Virus record (IMG/VR): IMGVR_UViG_3300020473_000016
Strand: one strand, 5' to 3'
Source: a virus
DNA: 64,000 nucleotides
Numbering within the stretch: the first letter of the stretch is position 1; each line of letters starts with the position of its first letter. Below are positions 11,590 through 23,760 of this stretch, one piece after another. The notes under the pieces are model-generated. The model was not told where the DNA came from. It did no database searches and was given only the letters and a program-made list of their open reading frames with translations. Position numbers and translations under genes: made by a program.

Positions 11590-11593
11590 CGAG

Positions 11594-14500
11594 TTATGTA
11601 GGGTTGTACGGAACTAACTCCTGTCCATTAGCAATGCTATTAGGTCCAGAGTAGAGTGTACATCCTTCAAAAGTTGTAGAAGTTTTACTAGTGTACTGTA
11701 TAACTGTTCCACCAGATGTAAATATGTAGCCAGTAGATGGCCAATGAGTTGTGTCTTGTACGACAATATTTCCTCCAATAGTTCCACTGGAACTAGTGAT
11801 GGCCACTGGGTTCTGGGTAGTTGGTCTACCAAGATTGAAGTAGTCACCTGAAAGCGTATAATTAGACTGTGATCTTAAGATGAAGTCTTTAATTGTCATA
11901 GAAGCAAATATTCTATCAATCTCACCAATAGTAAGAGCAGAAACTCCAGCTGCTCCAACATCAATACCAGATTGGTCATACATTCCTATAGTACTACCAA
12001 CATTACCAATAATATAATCACCAATTAGTAGAACTTCTCTACCAAATACTTGGTTAACAACTTCAATTATAGTAGTATCTCTCTTAGTAACAGTATATGG
12101 TTCAGTAAGATCAACCAAATTACCATTTCTCTGTTCAACAGGATCACTAAGGAAAGCAACCTCTTCATACTGATCAACAATACCAGTCTCAGGTGGTTTT
12201 ACTACAATTTCAGTCTTACTATCAGATAAAGTATTAACTGGAGTCTGTATTTGACGCTCATACTCACTCTCTGTTACTGCACCAGCAGAAGCATTTATTA
12301 TTGATACATCAGATGATTCAGATTCAATCTTAACGATACCAACAGGTGCGATAGAAATAAGTTCTGGAACTTGACGTACATATGTACCAGCAGCATGGAA
12401 CTGATCAGAAGTTCCATACAATCCACGATCAACAGCAAGGAATCTATCAGATAACTTCCTCCAATAACGAATACGCTCGTTACCTATTAATAAATGTCCA
12501 TTAGAATTGAACTTAGAAGTATCTGGAATATAGACAATACTATCACCGATATTAGTATCAACGTTAGTATATGCAGCATCCTCAAAGTAATTAATATTGG
12601 TTAATGCAGTATTGCGGATCTCATGAGTTAAAGTAGAAACTATATGTTTCTGAACTTTAGTAACAGAATTAAGAGATACAATATCTTGAAGTTCTGCACT
12701 TAGAACAGTTGCTTCATATGAATTCTCTAATGCTCCACCTTTTCCTACAATCTCTACAGGTTCTGGTTCAATGTAAACAATATTCGCACCACCTGGTTGT
12801 TCTTGACCAACTGGCATATCAAATCCAGATTCACCTGATGCAATATTATCAGTATCAATCTGAAGTTCTGCTGTTATCTTCTTAGTAACATCATGAGGAC
12901 TGTTGAATAATGTACTTGTGAAAGTATCAACATTCTGAACCTGAGTACCAATAACAGTAATCCTAGATGCGGAAACAGCACCTTGTCCTATTTCAACTTG
13001 AGGAACCATCTCAGCATTGATAAGAGATACACCAATATCTCTTTCAGTTAAGATATCAAATCTTCTAGCAACTACAACAATAGGTGCTTTAGTATATCCA
13101 GAACCACCATCAAGTAGATCAACACTAAGTACTTGACCTTTACTTACAATAACTTCTGCTCTCGCACCACCACCAGTACCATCTTCAGGAATGAATTCTA
13201 AAACAGGAGGTGTGAAGTATTGATATGCAGTAGGTTGAGTTAATGGATCATAACTACGACGGTTCCATGTTAAAGCAGTAACCTTACCATTTTCAACAGT
13301 TGCAACAACACTAAGACCTTCACCTCTAGTAACACCATTAAAACCTTCTACAGAAATGTTACTATAAACATCATCTGTTAATTGTTCTCCACCTCTACCA
13401 TCTTTACTTGTAGTACTTTCAGGTACTTTCTTAATTCTTCTAAATTTATCTTCACCTTCTACTCTTACAAGATCTCCATTAGACAAATAAGCAAATGGAT
13501 TTCTATATGTTGTACCTAATGTTGTACCAAACCAAATAGAATTATCACTGAATAATTGTTTTCTTCCAGTAGAATCTATTGGGAATGTTAATGTAGGATT
13601 AGTAAATTCAGGTTCTGGGAATGTATATGTCTTACTATAATCTGTTTTAACAGCAAAGATAAGATCTAATCCTGGTTCTACAGAAGCATTCTGTGATTTA
13701 ATACTAAAGGATAATGTAGTTGAAGTCTTGTATGCACTACTTACTTCACCAATAACGTTATATGTTCCATTTGCTCTTACTTGCCAGCAATGTATTCCAG
13801 TACCTACCTTCTCACCCATCCAAGCATAAGTAAGGAAAGGATCTACCCAAGCAGAAGTAGTTTCTAGTACAAATGTACCAACGGCAAAATAAGTATCAGG
13901 AGCAAAATCGTATATATTTAAAGTTTGACCTGCGTCTCTACCATAGAGATAACGCATATCAACCTTCATCTTCTTATTAATAGGAACATTAAAGAAGATA
14001 TTTGGTCCTGCGATTGTGTAACTATATCCTTCTCTTTGAAGAACTCCATCTAAGAAGACATATAGATAATCTTTCTGTTCAACAGTTTGAGAAGTACCAT
14101 CTTCTACATCAAGAATTAAGAATGGACCAGACTTTACATTGTCTACTAAATCGTAGTCGATTGTAAGACGCTTGTAATTACCAACTCCAATACCTACTAC
14201 TTTCTCAACTGCTGTTGCTTCACCTAAATTCTTAGCACCAAGATCTTGATCCCAAATAGGAGCAACACTAAACTTTAATACGTTAGGTACATTAGTTCTA
14301 TCAATAAAGTATGAATCAGGTGATACACCAGCACTATATTTTGGTGTCTGTAATACTGCATTAATAGTTAAGAAGAAATCTTCATCTTCATTAGTATCTA
14401 CAGCAGTACCATCATCCCAATACAATTCAAAATCTGTATTCTCACCATCAACATAATCTGGATTACTTCTAGTAACAGATCTTTCACTTATTATATCTTG

Positions 14501-17500
14501 GAAACTATCATATAAAGAATCTACAGCAGAAACTACATTATCACAATCCTTTGCAATTAACTGAGGATCTGGAATAATATTATGATTTGCATAAGTTGTT
14601 GTACTTGTCCAGTTACCAGTCTTATTAACGTTAATAGATGTTGGTACAACTAAACCTTCACCTTCTGTAAGAACTGTCTTAGTAATAGAACCAAAGGTAT
14701 CTAAAGCAGCTGCTACCTCAGCACATGCAGGTGCTAACTTATCAACTGTAATAGTATTATCTGGATTTGGATCTACTGTTGAGTAAACTTTTGGTTGCAA
14801 TGAGTTTCTCATAGCAAGAGTCATATACTCAGATGCTTTAACAAACATCGAAGACATATCTCTCTTCCATTCATCTAATAGAGTAGTAAACCCTGCTGAT
14901 GGATTACCTGTTATAGTTGTTGGTAGATTTTTAAAATCTAATCTCTTGTAAATTTCAGCAACTCTTTCATTACCACCAAGACGTAAATGATATATTACAG
15001 ATTCGACATAATACTGTACATATGGATGGTAAGTAGTTGGGTTAGTTTGATAATCAGTAATACTAGCAATAATTGCTTGAGTTGATTCTTCTACAATATG
15101 CTGTTTGTTTCTTTCAATCAAATATGCAGCATCATAGAATATACCATCTGTTCTACCAGTAAGATGGAATATAATTTCAGGTGATCCACCAGGATCTTCA
15201 CCTATTCTAACAGTATCACCTAAAGAAACAGTATAGGTATCATTAAGAATAACTTGTCCTACACCAGCTAAATTAACATCACCACTTGTAGTTCCACTTA
15301 AACTATTAGGAGATGTATTACTAGATGCACTAGAATTACCAAGTATAGTTTTATCAACAGTTATTTGAGTTAAGCTGTCTATAGAAGCAATCCTAGTATC
15401 TGGTTGGAATGCTCTACCAGATGTCAAATACATTCCAACTGTTAAGTTATTAGTATCTGTTACTGTGACAGTTGTAGTATTGGTACTATATGTCGCATTA
15501 GTCTCAATATAGTCCCAATTTCTAATAGCAAGTCTTGCTAAGTTGGTAGCATATTTGAATATCTTAAATGACTCATCTTTATTATCTTTAATATAAGGAG
15601 TATCAGCAAATATAGTTGAATAATCAACAGTCTTAACATTACCACCAAATCTTAAATCATGTTCATATGCATCAATGATGAAACCTATATCCTTGATATA
15701 GTCATCAGTCTTAGTAGCCCAATCTAATGATGGATAAGTTGATTTACCATACCCAACTGCTTCGGATGTAATAAACTCTTTATTTCTCGCAAGTTGATTT
15801 GCAGAGTCTAACCACCTTCCACTACGTTGGAATATATTTTTAATCTTCTTAAGATACCTTGTATTATAAGCAGCACCAGGTGCTTTCCAGTAAAATACCT
15901 TACCATAGAAGGTAACACCATCATAAGCAGCACCAGCTTTTACGCCTGGTCCTAATGGTGGTTGTGCAAAGGTAATATTGTCACCTGATACCGTGTATGC
16001 TACTTTTGGCTCTTGTAGAATACCATCAAGTGTTATAATAAGTGATTCTTCCTTAATTGGAGTGAATGGAACTCCATTCTGGTCCAGAACTTGGAATGTC
16101 TTTGTACCTACTAACTGACCATCACTATTGTATGTTCCATCAAATGCACCATTGAGTTTAAATTCAAATGCACGAGTTTCATTGAAGTTAAAATCAGATG
16201 TAGCAACAGATCCAATACCTCTACGAACTCTCTGACTCTCAACGTTTTGAATACTTTGAGTAACTACTCTTGAAGTATTTTCAACAGTAATTTTATTCTT
16301 TTCTGGATCCCAAAGTTGAATGACACTAAAATGATCTGCCTTAGCAACCTCAGATGGCATAGATGTACTAGCATCAGTCTCTACATCAACCTGACCAAAG
16401 AGTTTAAATCCAGCAGGGTGTGTTGTAGACTTGATTAAGTCTCTCCATTGCTCTATAGAAGTCTTAGACTTAATAACATATGAATAATCCTGATAGAAAT
16501 TACTATCAATCAATCTTTGATTAGATACACCAAGTTTTCCTCTATCAGATTTAGAGAATCCTTGATTATCAAAGAAACTACTAATCTCTTCAGTAAACGT
16601 AGTGACAAATACAGCAGTAACAATACCAGTAGATGTTGATGCTAATCCAGTAATGGCAATATCTTCCCTCAAGATCCCAGTCAGGGACTGGAGTTTCAGG
16701 AGGTTAGATCCTAGTCTCCACTCATAGACCTTTGCTCTTGCAATTTCTGTATTACCAATCTTTTGTACTACAGTTTCACCTTTTTGGAAATCTCCATTAA
16801 TAGATTTTAATGATACTGTATATGGAGAACTAAAAGTAGATGCAATAGATCTGTCTAAATGGAAAGCACTTCCATTATTAGTAAATCTAACACTTTGAGG
16901 TATGCCTATAGTGCTACTATTGACATATGCTTTAACATCTCCTTCTATTATTGCTATTTTTGGTGCAGATTTGTATCCTTCACCAGGAGAAGTTACATTT
17001 ATCTGATAAATTTCTCCTGCTCTAGCAATAACTTCAAATGAAGCATTTTTTCTTGGTGAAGGACTAGGAATATCAGGATCTAAAGCACTAGCACCAAATG
17101 CTGCACCTTCTCCTGTATCTTCAACAATTATAACTTTAGGGTTAACATAATTAGAACCCTTATTAGTAATGTTAACACCAGTTACAACTTGAGTTGCAAG
17201 ATCAAATAATACTGTGGCTTCTGCCTGATAATCAGATCTAGGTGATACACCTACAACTACAGGAACCTTAGTATAATTAGATCCTAAGTTAATAACTTTA
17301 AAATCATTAATCTCACCAGTTGCAAATTGACCTGTAGTTGTATATGTTATCGTTCCTGACCCGTCCCAGAGAGGAGAATCGCCAACCAAATCATATACAA
17401 AACGATTGCTAGTAACATAATTGATAACCTTCGTACCTTGTAGTGGATCAGTAATGAGTTTTAATTTTCCATCACCACTATTAACAATATTGTTATTATC

Positions 17501-20500
17501 AAAGTAATAGAAATTAGTAAAATCAGTTCCAACCTTAGTTGTATAAGTATTAGTTTTTAATCTTGATCCAAATCCAAACTTAACATCTGTATATGCACCA
17601 TCATTACCTGGTAATGTTGTTGATGCTAATTTCTCAACAGTTATTAAGTTATAATTCTTACTAGGACTGATATCAAAGTAAGTCCCACTGAGACTACTAT
17701 GAGACGTATCAAATTTATACTTATAAAATTCTTGTATATCTAATTCTGGATTTGGTACAAATGTACTATTATCTTCTGAGAATTCAAATTTATACTCTAT
17801 GGAAGAGAACGCATTAACAGAGACTAATCTCTTAGGATTACTAGAGTCAAAGAATGTAGTACTAATATCAACAGAACTAGCAGATGACTTCTCTATACCA
17901 TAATCAAATACAACTGTTGCTTTTTGTGTTGTACTATCATATGACTTAATATAACCAGAACCAGCAATATCTCCTATTTGGAAATTATTAGTAAAATTAT
18001 ATTGTGCTTTATATAAAGTAATTTCCTTGTTATCGTAGTGGTCAACAGCAATTGTAGACTCTTGACCTCTATCAACAGATAAAGTATTGCTATTAATAGC
18101 AGTAATCTTGATTACTTCATCTCCTATTAATAGAAGATCATCTACAGCAAATCCTGTAGCATCATCAACTGTAACAGAAGTATTATTAGATGCAAAACCT
18201 GCATGATCAACAAATATAGTTAATCTTGCTGTACTTTGAGATCCACCAGATCTTACAAGACTTTCATCAGCAACTCCTAATTGATCACCAAACTTATATC
18301 CACTACCAGCATTCTGTATTGTAACATTTGATACAACACCAGCAGCAGATACAGTAATAGACGCAGTTGCACCAGTACCACTACCACTAGTTAATGGAAT
18401 ATTAGTATATGAATTTTCTGTGTAATCAGCACCACCATTTAATATAGTAAATCTACCAATACCACTATCATTAACCTTTGTCTTATTAGATGGTGTTTTA
18501 AAAGTAACTTCTTGATATAAACGTTTTCTTAAATACCAAGTTTTAGTTTTAGTATCATCATCTGGATTAATATCAATAGTTACCTTATCACCAATACCCA
18601 ATCCATGCTCAGATGATGTCTCAATAAGAGCAACACTTTGATTGACAATAAATGGTTCTAAATTATCACTTAATGATGTAAGTGTTATTATCTTAGATCC
18701 TGAAGTATTGAATAAATTACTTGACTGTATATAATAAGTATCATCAATAATCCATGTTCCTGAAAGAACTTTTATCTTAAGTACGTTCTGACTTGATGTA
18801 CCTTCTAGTACTTGAGCAGTAGCTATAGGAGTATTAACACCATCAGTAAGGCTTAAAGTAGCACCTTCAGTGTAAGAACTGTTCTGATCAACTAAAATAC
18901 TGAAAGTCTTAATGTCTGCTGAGAATGTTCCTGTATTATCAAACGTTCCTTGTACGTTTTTCAACACAATGTCATTATCACTGGCAACTGTACCTACTAT
19001 CTCACCATAAGCACCAGAAGATGGCTGCCTCAATGTATCATCAGCAAACAGATATGCAGTTTGAATTGTTGTTAACTTAACTACCTTATTTTCTTTTGAT
19101 TGTAGATAACTAACAGTTTCACCTTTAACAGAATTAACTCTTGCCTCTGCTTCTGAACCATCTGTTCCTACTTCATTAAAATAAACTTTTGAATTAACTG
19201 AGAAATTAGAAGATGAACTTTCTATAGCAACATCATCAATAGAACCAGGAGTAATATCAGAAATACTAGCAATTACACCTTCACCATTTATAGGTGTAGC
19301 ATCAACATAAAATCTCTTAGCATTCTTAGGAAGATCATTCTGATTAATCTTAGAGTTATAGTTACTATCTACAGGTAATGAATAGAAATTCTCTCCTAGT
19401 ACATAAGGGAACTGTGGTACTTGATTACTATCAATAGTTAAGAAGTATGCATAAGTTCCTTTTGGAAAATCTGGAGTAACACAAAATCTACCATTATTCT
19501 GATCTAACGTCCCTGACTTATGATTGTAAGTATAATCATTATTAAATGTCCCTAGAGGATATGTTACCTTAGAAGGACCATCTATACGATCACCATTGAG
19601 AGAATAACTAGATGTCATTCTAATTATTGATGTCGTAGCATCTAATGGATCTTCATATCCAAATGCACCATATATGGGGTTACCATCATAAGCAAAACCT
19701 ATGATAGGTGAATGAGTCTTAGTTGCTGGTTCACTACCAGTATTACTTAAATTATCATTGAGAGAAACACGAAGTGCTTTCGGGTTTGCTACATGAGCAT
19801 ATCCGTAGTAAAGATTATTGTCAAAGTTTTCAAACAGATAACCATACTCAGTATCTAAATTGGATTTAAACTTTTCAAACCTATTATAGTTCCATTCTTT
19901 AAGTAATGGAATTCCTGTGGCATTCTCTCCAACAGGGATAATATCTACATTTACATTCTCTTGTGTATAAAAGTTACCCTCATCTACCTTTTCAAATTCT
20001 TTCAGTTTACCATCAGTATCAAGGATTGCATTGAATTCAGCAAATCTACCTTTACCTGCATTGTCACGAATTCTTACGATTGGTTGAGAACTGTAAAACT
20101 CTCCTTTGTTAGCGATTGTAAGGCTTGTAACTTTACCTTGTGTTACTACAGCATTTACTACAGCATTCCTACCAGATGTAATAACAATATCTGGAGTTCT
20201 TGGAAATACATCATCAGTATCAACTATAATACTCTCTACAACTTCTCCTGATAATATTGCTCGTGCTTTGTTTGCAACACCATCTACAAGAACAAAGGGC
20301 GGTTTAACGTACCCTCTTCCTTGTACACTAACATTAATACTTTCTAGTTTACCGAACCTTATACTTTCTGTATCCTTGTAACCGTAGACAGGGACACCGT
20401 TTACAAGGATTCCAACATCTCTCTTAGGAGTCTTATATACTTCTGTAGTTCTTGTTGCTTGCTTTCTTATAAGACGAAGTAATCTTTGATCCTTTACAGT

Positions 20501-21964
20501 TTGAGTAACAGTAGACCCATCTAAAATGTCATATGATGGATAACTGGAACTAGTAATATAATAATACTGTTCATCTTCATGGATAGAAGAAACATTGGTC
20601 ATTACCTGGTCCAATGCAGTTTCCACAGCAGCATGTGTAGAAGAATTAACATCACCAGTAGTAAGAACCCAACGTGATTGACCATTTAACATGATCTTAG
20701 GATCGTTGGTCTCAAATCCTGGCTGGGAGACTTGTATGTTATCTCCTGGACTTGAATATGCTGCCGTATCAGTAGCATTCAAGTTGTATATTACACCAAG
20801 GCTTAAAAGAGTAACATTAGATCCTTTAAGTAGTACTGGTTTGTACACAGATGATCCAATTACGTGAGTTAATGGATTATCCCGTTTGGAAATGATGAAT
20901 TGTGAAACTGTACTCTCATCAAATGAGATTGTTTCGTCACCTATTAAGATTTCTCCAGTATCATCCCATCCTTGAGTAGAGAATACATTAATACGTTTAC
21001 CAACACCATCAGTATTAGGAAGTTCTTTCTCAAGACGAGTCTTAGTTGAGACAGAGAAGAGACCATTAACAGTTTCTGGTGCTAAAACGATATTCCATAT
21101 TACTTCATTATCAGAAGTACCTTCTGCATATACATTGTCAACAGTAGCAGAAGCATATCCATATTCTTCAGTAGCAGTCTGGACAATAGTCTGTCCTATT
21201 AAATCTTTTGCGTTACCACTAACAACTTTTGCTTTTAAAGCATATACATTGATCCAATCAGCATTGGATGCTTTGTAAGTAAAATCTCTTGGTTTGTAAA
21301 CTTCTGGTTTATTTTCTACATCTTTCGCAATAATAGTATTGAAAATAAACTTAATGGAACTATCAGTTCCCTTTGCCTTATAAAATTTCTGTATATTCTT
21401 AATAAGGGTTCTCTTGTCAACTTCACCTCTGAGATACTTCTCAGGGAAAGAACCCAAATACTGATTCTCAAAACTCTTTATAAACGCATAGATGAAAAGG
21501 TTACTAACGTTATATACCTTCTCTCCTGAGTTGTGAGGGGCAGCAGTAGTAGTTTTATAGTCTGATTCAGAATAAAGGTCACCTAGCGTTGTATTGCCAC
21601 TGACACCCCTTACACAACCACTTAGTGTTGTAGCAGTACGAGTATCATAAAATACAATCTCATCACCAATTCTTACGTATCCGTTTTTCTTTGGAAAACT
21701 CGTCGCATCTTGTAATACAATTGTATCATCACTAGCAGAAAGACTAGTGTCCAAGATATCAGACTGTCTAAGAAGATTTTGTTCATAATAATCTATATCT
21801 CTATATTTTTGTATATTAGAAATAATGTCTAAAGGACCACCTTGCAATTCCTGTGCTTCATAATACTTCTGTATGAACTTAGTAAACAATTCATACTCTG
21901 AAGTTATAAAATCAGGTATCTGTGACTCAATAAGAGTAGATATTCTTTTGGTCTTAACTGCCAT
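11594..21964 (-). CDS. gp7: Baseplate wedge initiator gp7-like, enlarged (3,456 aa)
   Basis: N-terminus ISTLIESQIPDFI...FIQKYYE, FYKAKGT motif, DSNFYQDYSYVIKS...HPAGFKLFG segment; lies between gp6 and gp8. Confidence 0.8.
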   Translation of the reverse strand: MAVKTKRISTLIESQIPDFITSEYELFTKFIQKYYEAQELQGGPLDIISNIQKYRDIDYYEQNLLRQSDILDTSLSASDDTIVLQDATSFPKKNGYVRIGDEIVFYDTRTATTLSGCVRGVSGNTTLGDLYSESDYKTTTAAPHNSGEKVYNVSNLFIYAFIKSFENQYLGSFPEKYLRGEVDKRTLIKNIQKFYKAKGTDSSIKFIFNTIIAKDVENKPEVYKPRDFTYKASNADWINVYALKAKVVSGNAKDLIGQTIVQTATEEYGYASATVDNVYAEGTSDNEVIWNIVLAPETVNGLFSVSTKTRLEKELPNTDGVGKRINVFSTQGWDDTGEILIGDETISFDESTVSQFIISKRDNPLTHVIGSSVYKPVLLKGSNVTLLSLGVIYNLNATDTAAYSSPGDNIQVSQPGFETNDPKIMLNGQSRWVLTTGDVNSSTHAAVETALDQVMTNVSSIHEDEQYYYITSSSYPSYDILDGSTVTQTVKDQRLLRLIRKQATRTTEVYKTPKRDVGILVNGVPVYGYKDTESIRFGKLESINVSVQGRGYVKPPFVLVDGVANKARAILSGEVVESIIVDTDDVFPRTPDIVITSGRNAVVNAVVTQGKVTSLTIANKGEFYSSQPIVRIRDNAGKGRFAEFNAILDTDGKLKEFEKVDEGNFYTQENVNVDIIPVGENATGIPLLKEWNYNRFEKFKSNLDTEYGYLFENFDNNLYYGYAHVANPKALRVSLNDNLSNTGSEPATKTHSPIIGFAYDGNPIYGAFGYEDPLDATTSIIRMTSSYSLNGDRIDGPSKVTYPLGTFNNDYTYNHKSGTLDQNNGRFCVTPDFPKGTYAYFLTIDSNQVPQFPYVLGENFYSLPVDSNYNSKINQNDLPKNAKRFYVDATPINGEGVIASISDITPGSIDDVAIESSSSNFSVNSKVYFNEVGTDGSEAEARVNSVKGETVSYLQSKENKVVKLTTIQTAYLFADDTLRQPSSGAYGEIVGTVASDNDIVLKNVQGTFDNTGTFSADIKTFSILVDQNSSYTEGATLSLTDGVNTPIATAQVLEGTSSQNVLKIKVLSGTWIIDDTYYIQSSNLFNTSGSKIITLTSLSDNLEPFIVNQSVALIETSSEHGLGIGDKVTIDINPDDDTKTKTWYLRKRLYQEVTFKTPSNKTKVNDSGIGRFTILNGGADYTENSYTNIPLTSGSGTGATASITVSAAGVVSNVTIQNAGSGYKFGDQLGVADESLVRSGGSQSTARLTIFVDHAGFASNNTSVTVDDATGFAVDDLLLIGDEVIKITAINSNTLSVDRGQESTIAVDHYDNKEITLYKAQYNFTNNFQIGDIAGSGYIKSYDSTTQKATVVFDYGIEKSSASSVDISTTFFDSSNPKRLVSVNAFSSIEYKFEFSEDNSTFVPNPELDIQEFYKYKFDTSHSSLSGTYFDISPSKNYNLITVEKLASTTLPGNDGAYTDVKFGFGSRLKTNTYTTKVGTDFTNFYYFDNNNIVNSGDGKLKLITDPLQGTKVINYVTSNRFVYDLVGDSPLWDGSGTITYTTTGQFATGEINDFKVINLGSNYTKVPVVVGVSPRSDYQAEATVLFDLATQVVTGVNITNKGSNYVNPKVIIVEDTGEGAAFGASALDPDIPSPSPRKNASFEVIARAGEIYQINVTSPGEGYKSAPKIAIIEGDVKAYVNSSTIGIPQSVRFTNNGSAFHLDRSIASTFSSPYTVSLKSINGDFQKGETVVQKIGNTEIARAKVYEWRLGSNLLKLQSLTGILREDIAITGLASTSTGIVTAVFVTTFTEEISSFFDNQGFSKSDRGKLGVSNQRLIDSNFYQDYSYVIKSKTSIEQWRDLIKSTTHPAGFKLFGQVDVETDASTSMPSEVAKADHFSVIQLWDPEKNKITVENTSRVVTQSIQNVESQRVRRGIGSVATSDFNFNETRAFEFKLNGAFDGTYNSDGQLVGTKTFQVLDQNGVPFTPIKEESLIITLDGILQEPKVAYTVSGDNITFAQPPLGPGVKAGAAYDGVTFYGKVFYWKAPGAAYNTRYLKKIKNIFQRSGRWLDSANQLARNKEFITSEAVGYGKSTYPSLDWATKTDDYIKDIGFIIDAYEHDLRFGGNVKTVDYSTIFADTPYIKDNKDESFKIFKYATNLARLAIRNWDYIETNATYSTNTTTVTVTDTNNLTVGMYLTSGRAFQPDTRIASIDSLTQITVDKTILGNSSASSNTSPNSLSGTTSGDVNLAGVGQVILNDTYTVSLGDTVRIGEDPGGSPEIIFHLTGRTDGIFYDAAYLIERNKQHIVEESTQAIIASITDYQTNPTTYHPYVQYYVESVIYHLRLGGNERVAEIYKRLDFKNLPTTITGNPSAGFTTLLDEWKRDMSSMFVKASEYMTLAMRNSLQPKVYSTVDPNPDNTITVDKLAPACAEVAAALDTFGSITKTVLTEGEGLVVPTSINVNKTGNWTSTTTYANHNIIPDPQLIAKDCDNVVSAVDSLYDSFQDIISERSVTRSNPDYVDGENTDFELYWDDGTAVDTNEDEDFFLTINAVLQTPKYSAGVSPDSYFIDRTNVPNVLKFSVAPIWDQDLGAKNLGEATAVEKVVGIGVGNYKRLTIDYDLVDNVKSGPFLILDVEDGTSQTVEQKDYLYVFLDGVLQREGYSYTIAGPNIFFNVPINKKMKVDMRYLYGRDAGQTLNIYDFAPDTYFAVGTFVLETTSAWVDPFLTYAWMGEKVGTGIHCWQVRANGTYNVIGEVSSAYKTSTTLSFSIKSQNASVEPGLDLIFAVKTDYSKTYTFPEPEFTNPTLTFPIDSTGRKQLFSDNSIWFGTTLGTTYRNPFAYLSNGDLVRVEGEDKFRRIKKVPESTTSKDGRGGEQLTDDVYSNISVEGFNGVTRGEGLSVVATVENGKVTALTWNRRSYDPLTQPTAYQYFTPPVLEFIPEDGTGGGARAEVIVSKGQVLSVDLLDGGSGYTKAPIVVVARRFDILTERDIGVSLINAEMVPQVEIGQGAVSASRITVIGTQVQNVDTFTSTLFNSPHDVTKKITAELQIDTDNIASGESGFDMPVGQEQPGGANIVYIEPEPVEIVGKGGALENSYEATVLSAELQDIVSLNSVTKVQKHIVSTLTHEIRNTALTNINYFEDAAYTNVDTNIGDSIVYIPDTSKFNSNGHLLIGNERIRYWRKLSDRFLAVDRGLYGTSDQFHAAGTYVRQVPELISIAPVGIVKIESESSDVSIINASAGAVTESEYERQIQTPVNTLSDSKTEIVVKPPETGIVDQYEEVAFLSDPVEQRNGNLVDLTEPYTVTKRDTTIIEVVNQVFGREVLLIGDYIIGNVGSTIGMYDQSGIDVGAAGVSALTIGEIDRIFASMTIKDFILRSQSNYTLSGDYFNLGRPTTQNPVAITSSSGTIGGNIVVQDTTHWPSTGYIFTSGGTVIQYTSKTSTTFEGCTLYSGPNSIANGQELVPYNPT

Positions 21965-23760
21965 TACTCTTTATACGCAACGAAACTGGAATTTGCTATA
22001 TCAACGTCAAGATACATCTCTCGAAGTGCCTTGATGTCATTAGAAAGGGGTTTAACCGTTAGGGAAATACGATTGTCGAAGAAACTACCTTTAATAATAG
22101 TCATGTTGTGTAACATAATCTCACCTTTCGCATAATCAATATCACCAACTTCCTTGTCCAGGACTACCTTATCGCCAGTCACAGGATCTAGTCTATATAG
22201 GACAATTTTCTTATCCCTGTCCTCTAGATAGACATCATAAGTAGGATGTTCTGTCACCCTAAACCCAGTAGAGGAAAGAACTGGATCATCACAATCGCTA
22301 TCAAATGCATTTTGATAGCACACTTCATAAAAATAAGTAGAATTTAATTGAGGGTAGAAATCTCTCCTCATAGAAAGAGATGTCAAGTTAGAATTAATAG
22401 TACGATCCGCATCATCTATCACTCCAATAAACTTACTGTAACGGAATGTACCCTTAAACTTCTCAGTATCAGAGTTATCAACATAGTTTTGTATAGATCC
22501 AATAACCTTATCTCTTATTTGAGAAGGAGTTTGATCTGTTTGTAAACTGTTATAATAGATTTTACTATTCATTTCAACGTGAAGAATAGCAGGATCTACA
22601 ATTACTGGTTGAACAGATGCTACGACATACTTCTTTAACTGCTCAACAATCTGATTTTTAGTTAAAGATGTCAAATATGATGCATCTGATGGTTTTAAAA
22701 CTATAAAAACTTTTCCATAATCAGGTGGATCTTGATCTTCTCCACCAAATATTATTATATCGCTAGTAGCAGGATAGATATTTCTTACGATTGCACCATA
22801 ATCGTCAGAGGTCACTGCACGATCCTGTGACCCATATGTTTTTGGTGCGTTATATTTGATCTTATCAGTAGTTTCAATGACCTCTCCACCTGCTGAGGCG
22901 ATGGTAGAGTTGATTGTAACGTTAAATGCATTAGGAGAAACACCACTAGGGTTCTCAAGAACACCAGAAAAGACAAAAGTCTTCACTCCATTGGACGCTG
23001 GACCATTAGTAGTGATGTAAGAAACTTCAACAATAGTGTTATTTTCTAATTTTTTACCTAAAACACCATCACCAAAGATCAATTCATACCTTTCATCTGC
23101 AATTTCATCAAGGAAAAACACTTTAGAGTTAGCATCTATACCTAAAATGTTATCAGAAACCAAATATGGTTCGTTAAATGATCCTCCTGTTGGAAAAACT
23201 TTAACACTAATTGTATTAGTATCAATATTTTGGTTGTTTAATACGAACTTTTGTCCTTTAACTGATGTATTAACAACAAATCTTTGTACAACTTGAGTTC
23301 CTTCCCTTATAGGAATACCAGAAAACACTGCTGTATCGTTAGAAACCTGTGCTTTTGTGTCCTCTAATGTTACATAATTGAAAAGAGTGTTATCATATGA
23401 CGCAATAAACCCTGTTCCCTTCTTAAGAATCAACTCTGTGTCTGTTGTAGGGTTAGAATAATTGACAGTAAATGAAATATAAGCAGTAGGAGACGTAGCA
23501 CTCTTAGGTCTATACCCTAGTTGCTTTGCAATTGCTATTACATTGTCTCTCAAGGAGGCAGAATCAATGAATAGTTCATTGACTACCATGTTAGTATTAA
23601 ACGCCGTGTAGTACGTATTATACGCAAGTACATCTAGCATGTTTGATAGTGCCGAACCATCAAAATCATAATCAGTAAAATCTGACTGTGCTCTCAAGTA
23701 TTCTTTGAGAGAAGATTTAATCTGATCAAAATCTAAATTAGCGACCTGTGTATATGGCAT
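21964..23760 (-). CDS. gp6: Baseplate wedge subunit gp6
   Basis: LDFDQIKSSLKEYL...DYDFDGS...LAYNTYY; SQDRAVTSDDY; PPDYGKVFI. Confidence 0.92.
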   Translation of the reverse strand: MPYTQVANLDFDQIKSSLKEYLRAQSDFTDYDFDGSALSNMLDVLAYNTYYTAFNTNMVVNELFIDSASLRDNVIAIAKQLGYRPKSATSPTAYISFTVNYSNPTTDTELILKKGTGFIASYDNTLFNYVTLEDTKAQVSNDTAVFSGIPIREGTQVVQRFVVNTSVKGQKFVLNNQNIDTNTISVKVFPTGGSFNEPYLVSDNILGIDANSKVFFLDEIADERYELIFGDGVLGKKLENNTIVEVSYITTNGPASNGVKTFVFSGVLENPSGVSPNAFNVTINSTIASAGGEVIETTDKIKYNAPKTYGSQDRAVTSDDYGAIVRNIYPATSDIIIFGGEDQDPPDYGKVFIVLKPSDASYLTSLTKNQIVEQLKKYVVASVQPVIVDPAILHVEMNSKIYYNSLQTDQTPSQIRDKVIGSIQNYVDNSDTEKFKGTFRYSKFIGVIDDADRTINSNLTSLSMRRDFYPQLNSTYFYEVCYQNAFDSDCDDPVLSSTGFRVTEHPTYDVYLEDRDKKIVLYRLDPVTGDKVVLDKEVGDIDYAKGEIMLHNMTIIKGSFFDNRISLTVKPLSNDIKALREMYLDVDIANSSFVAYKE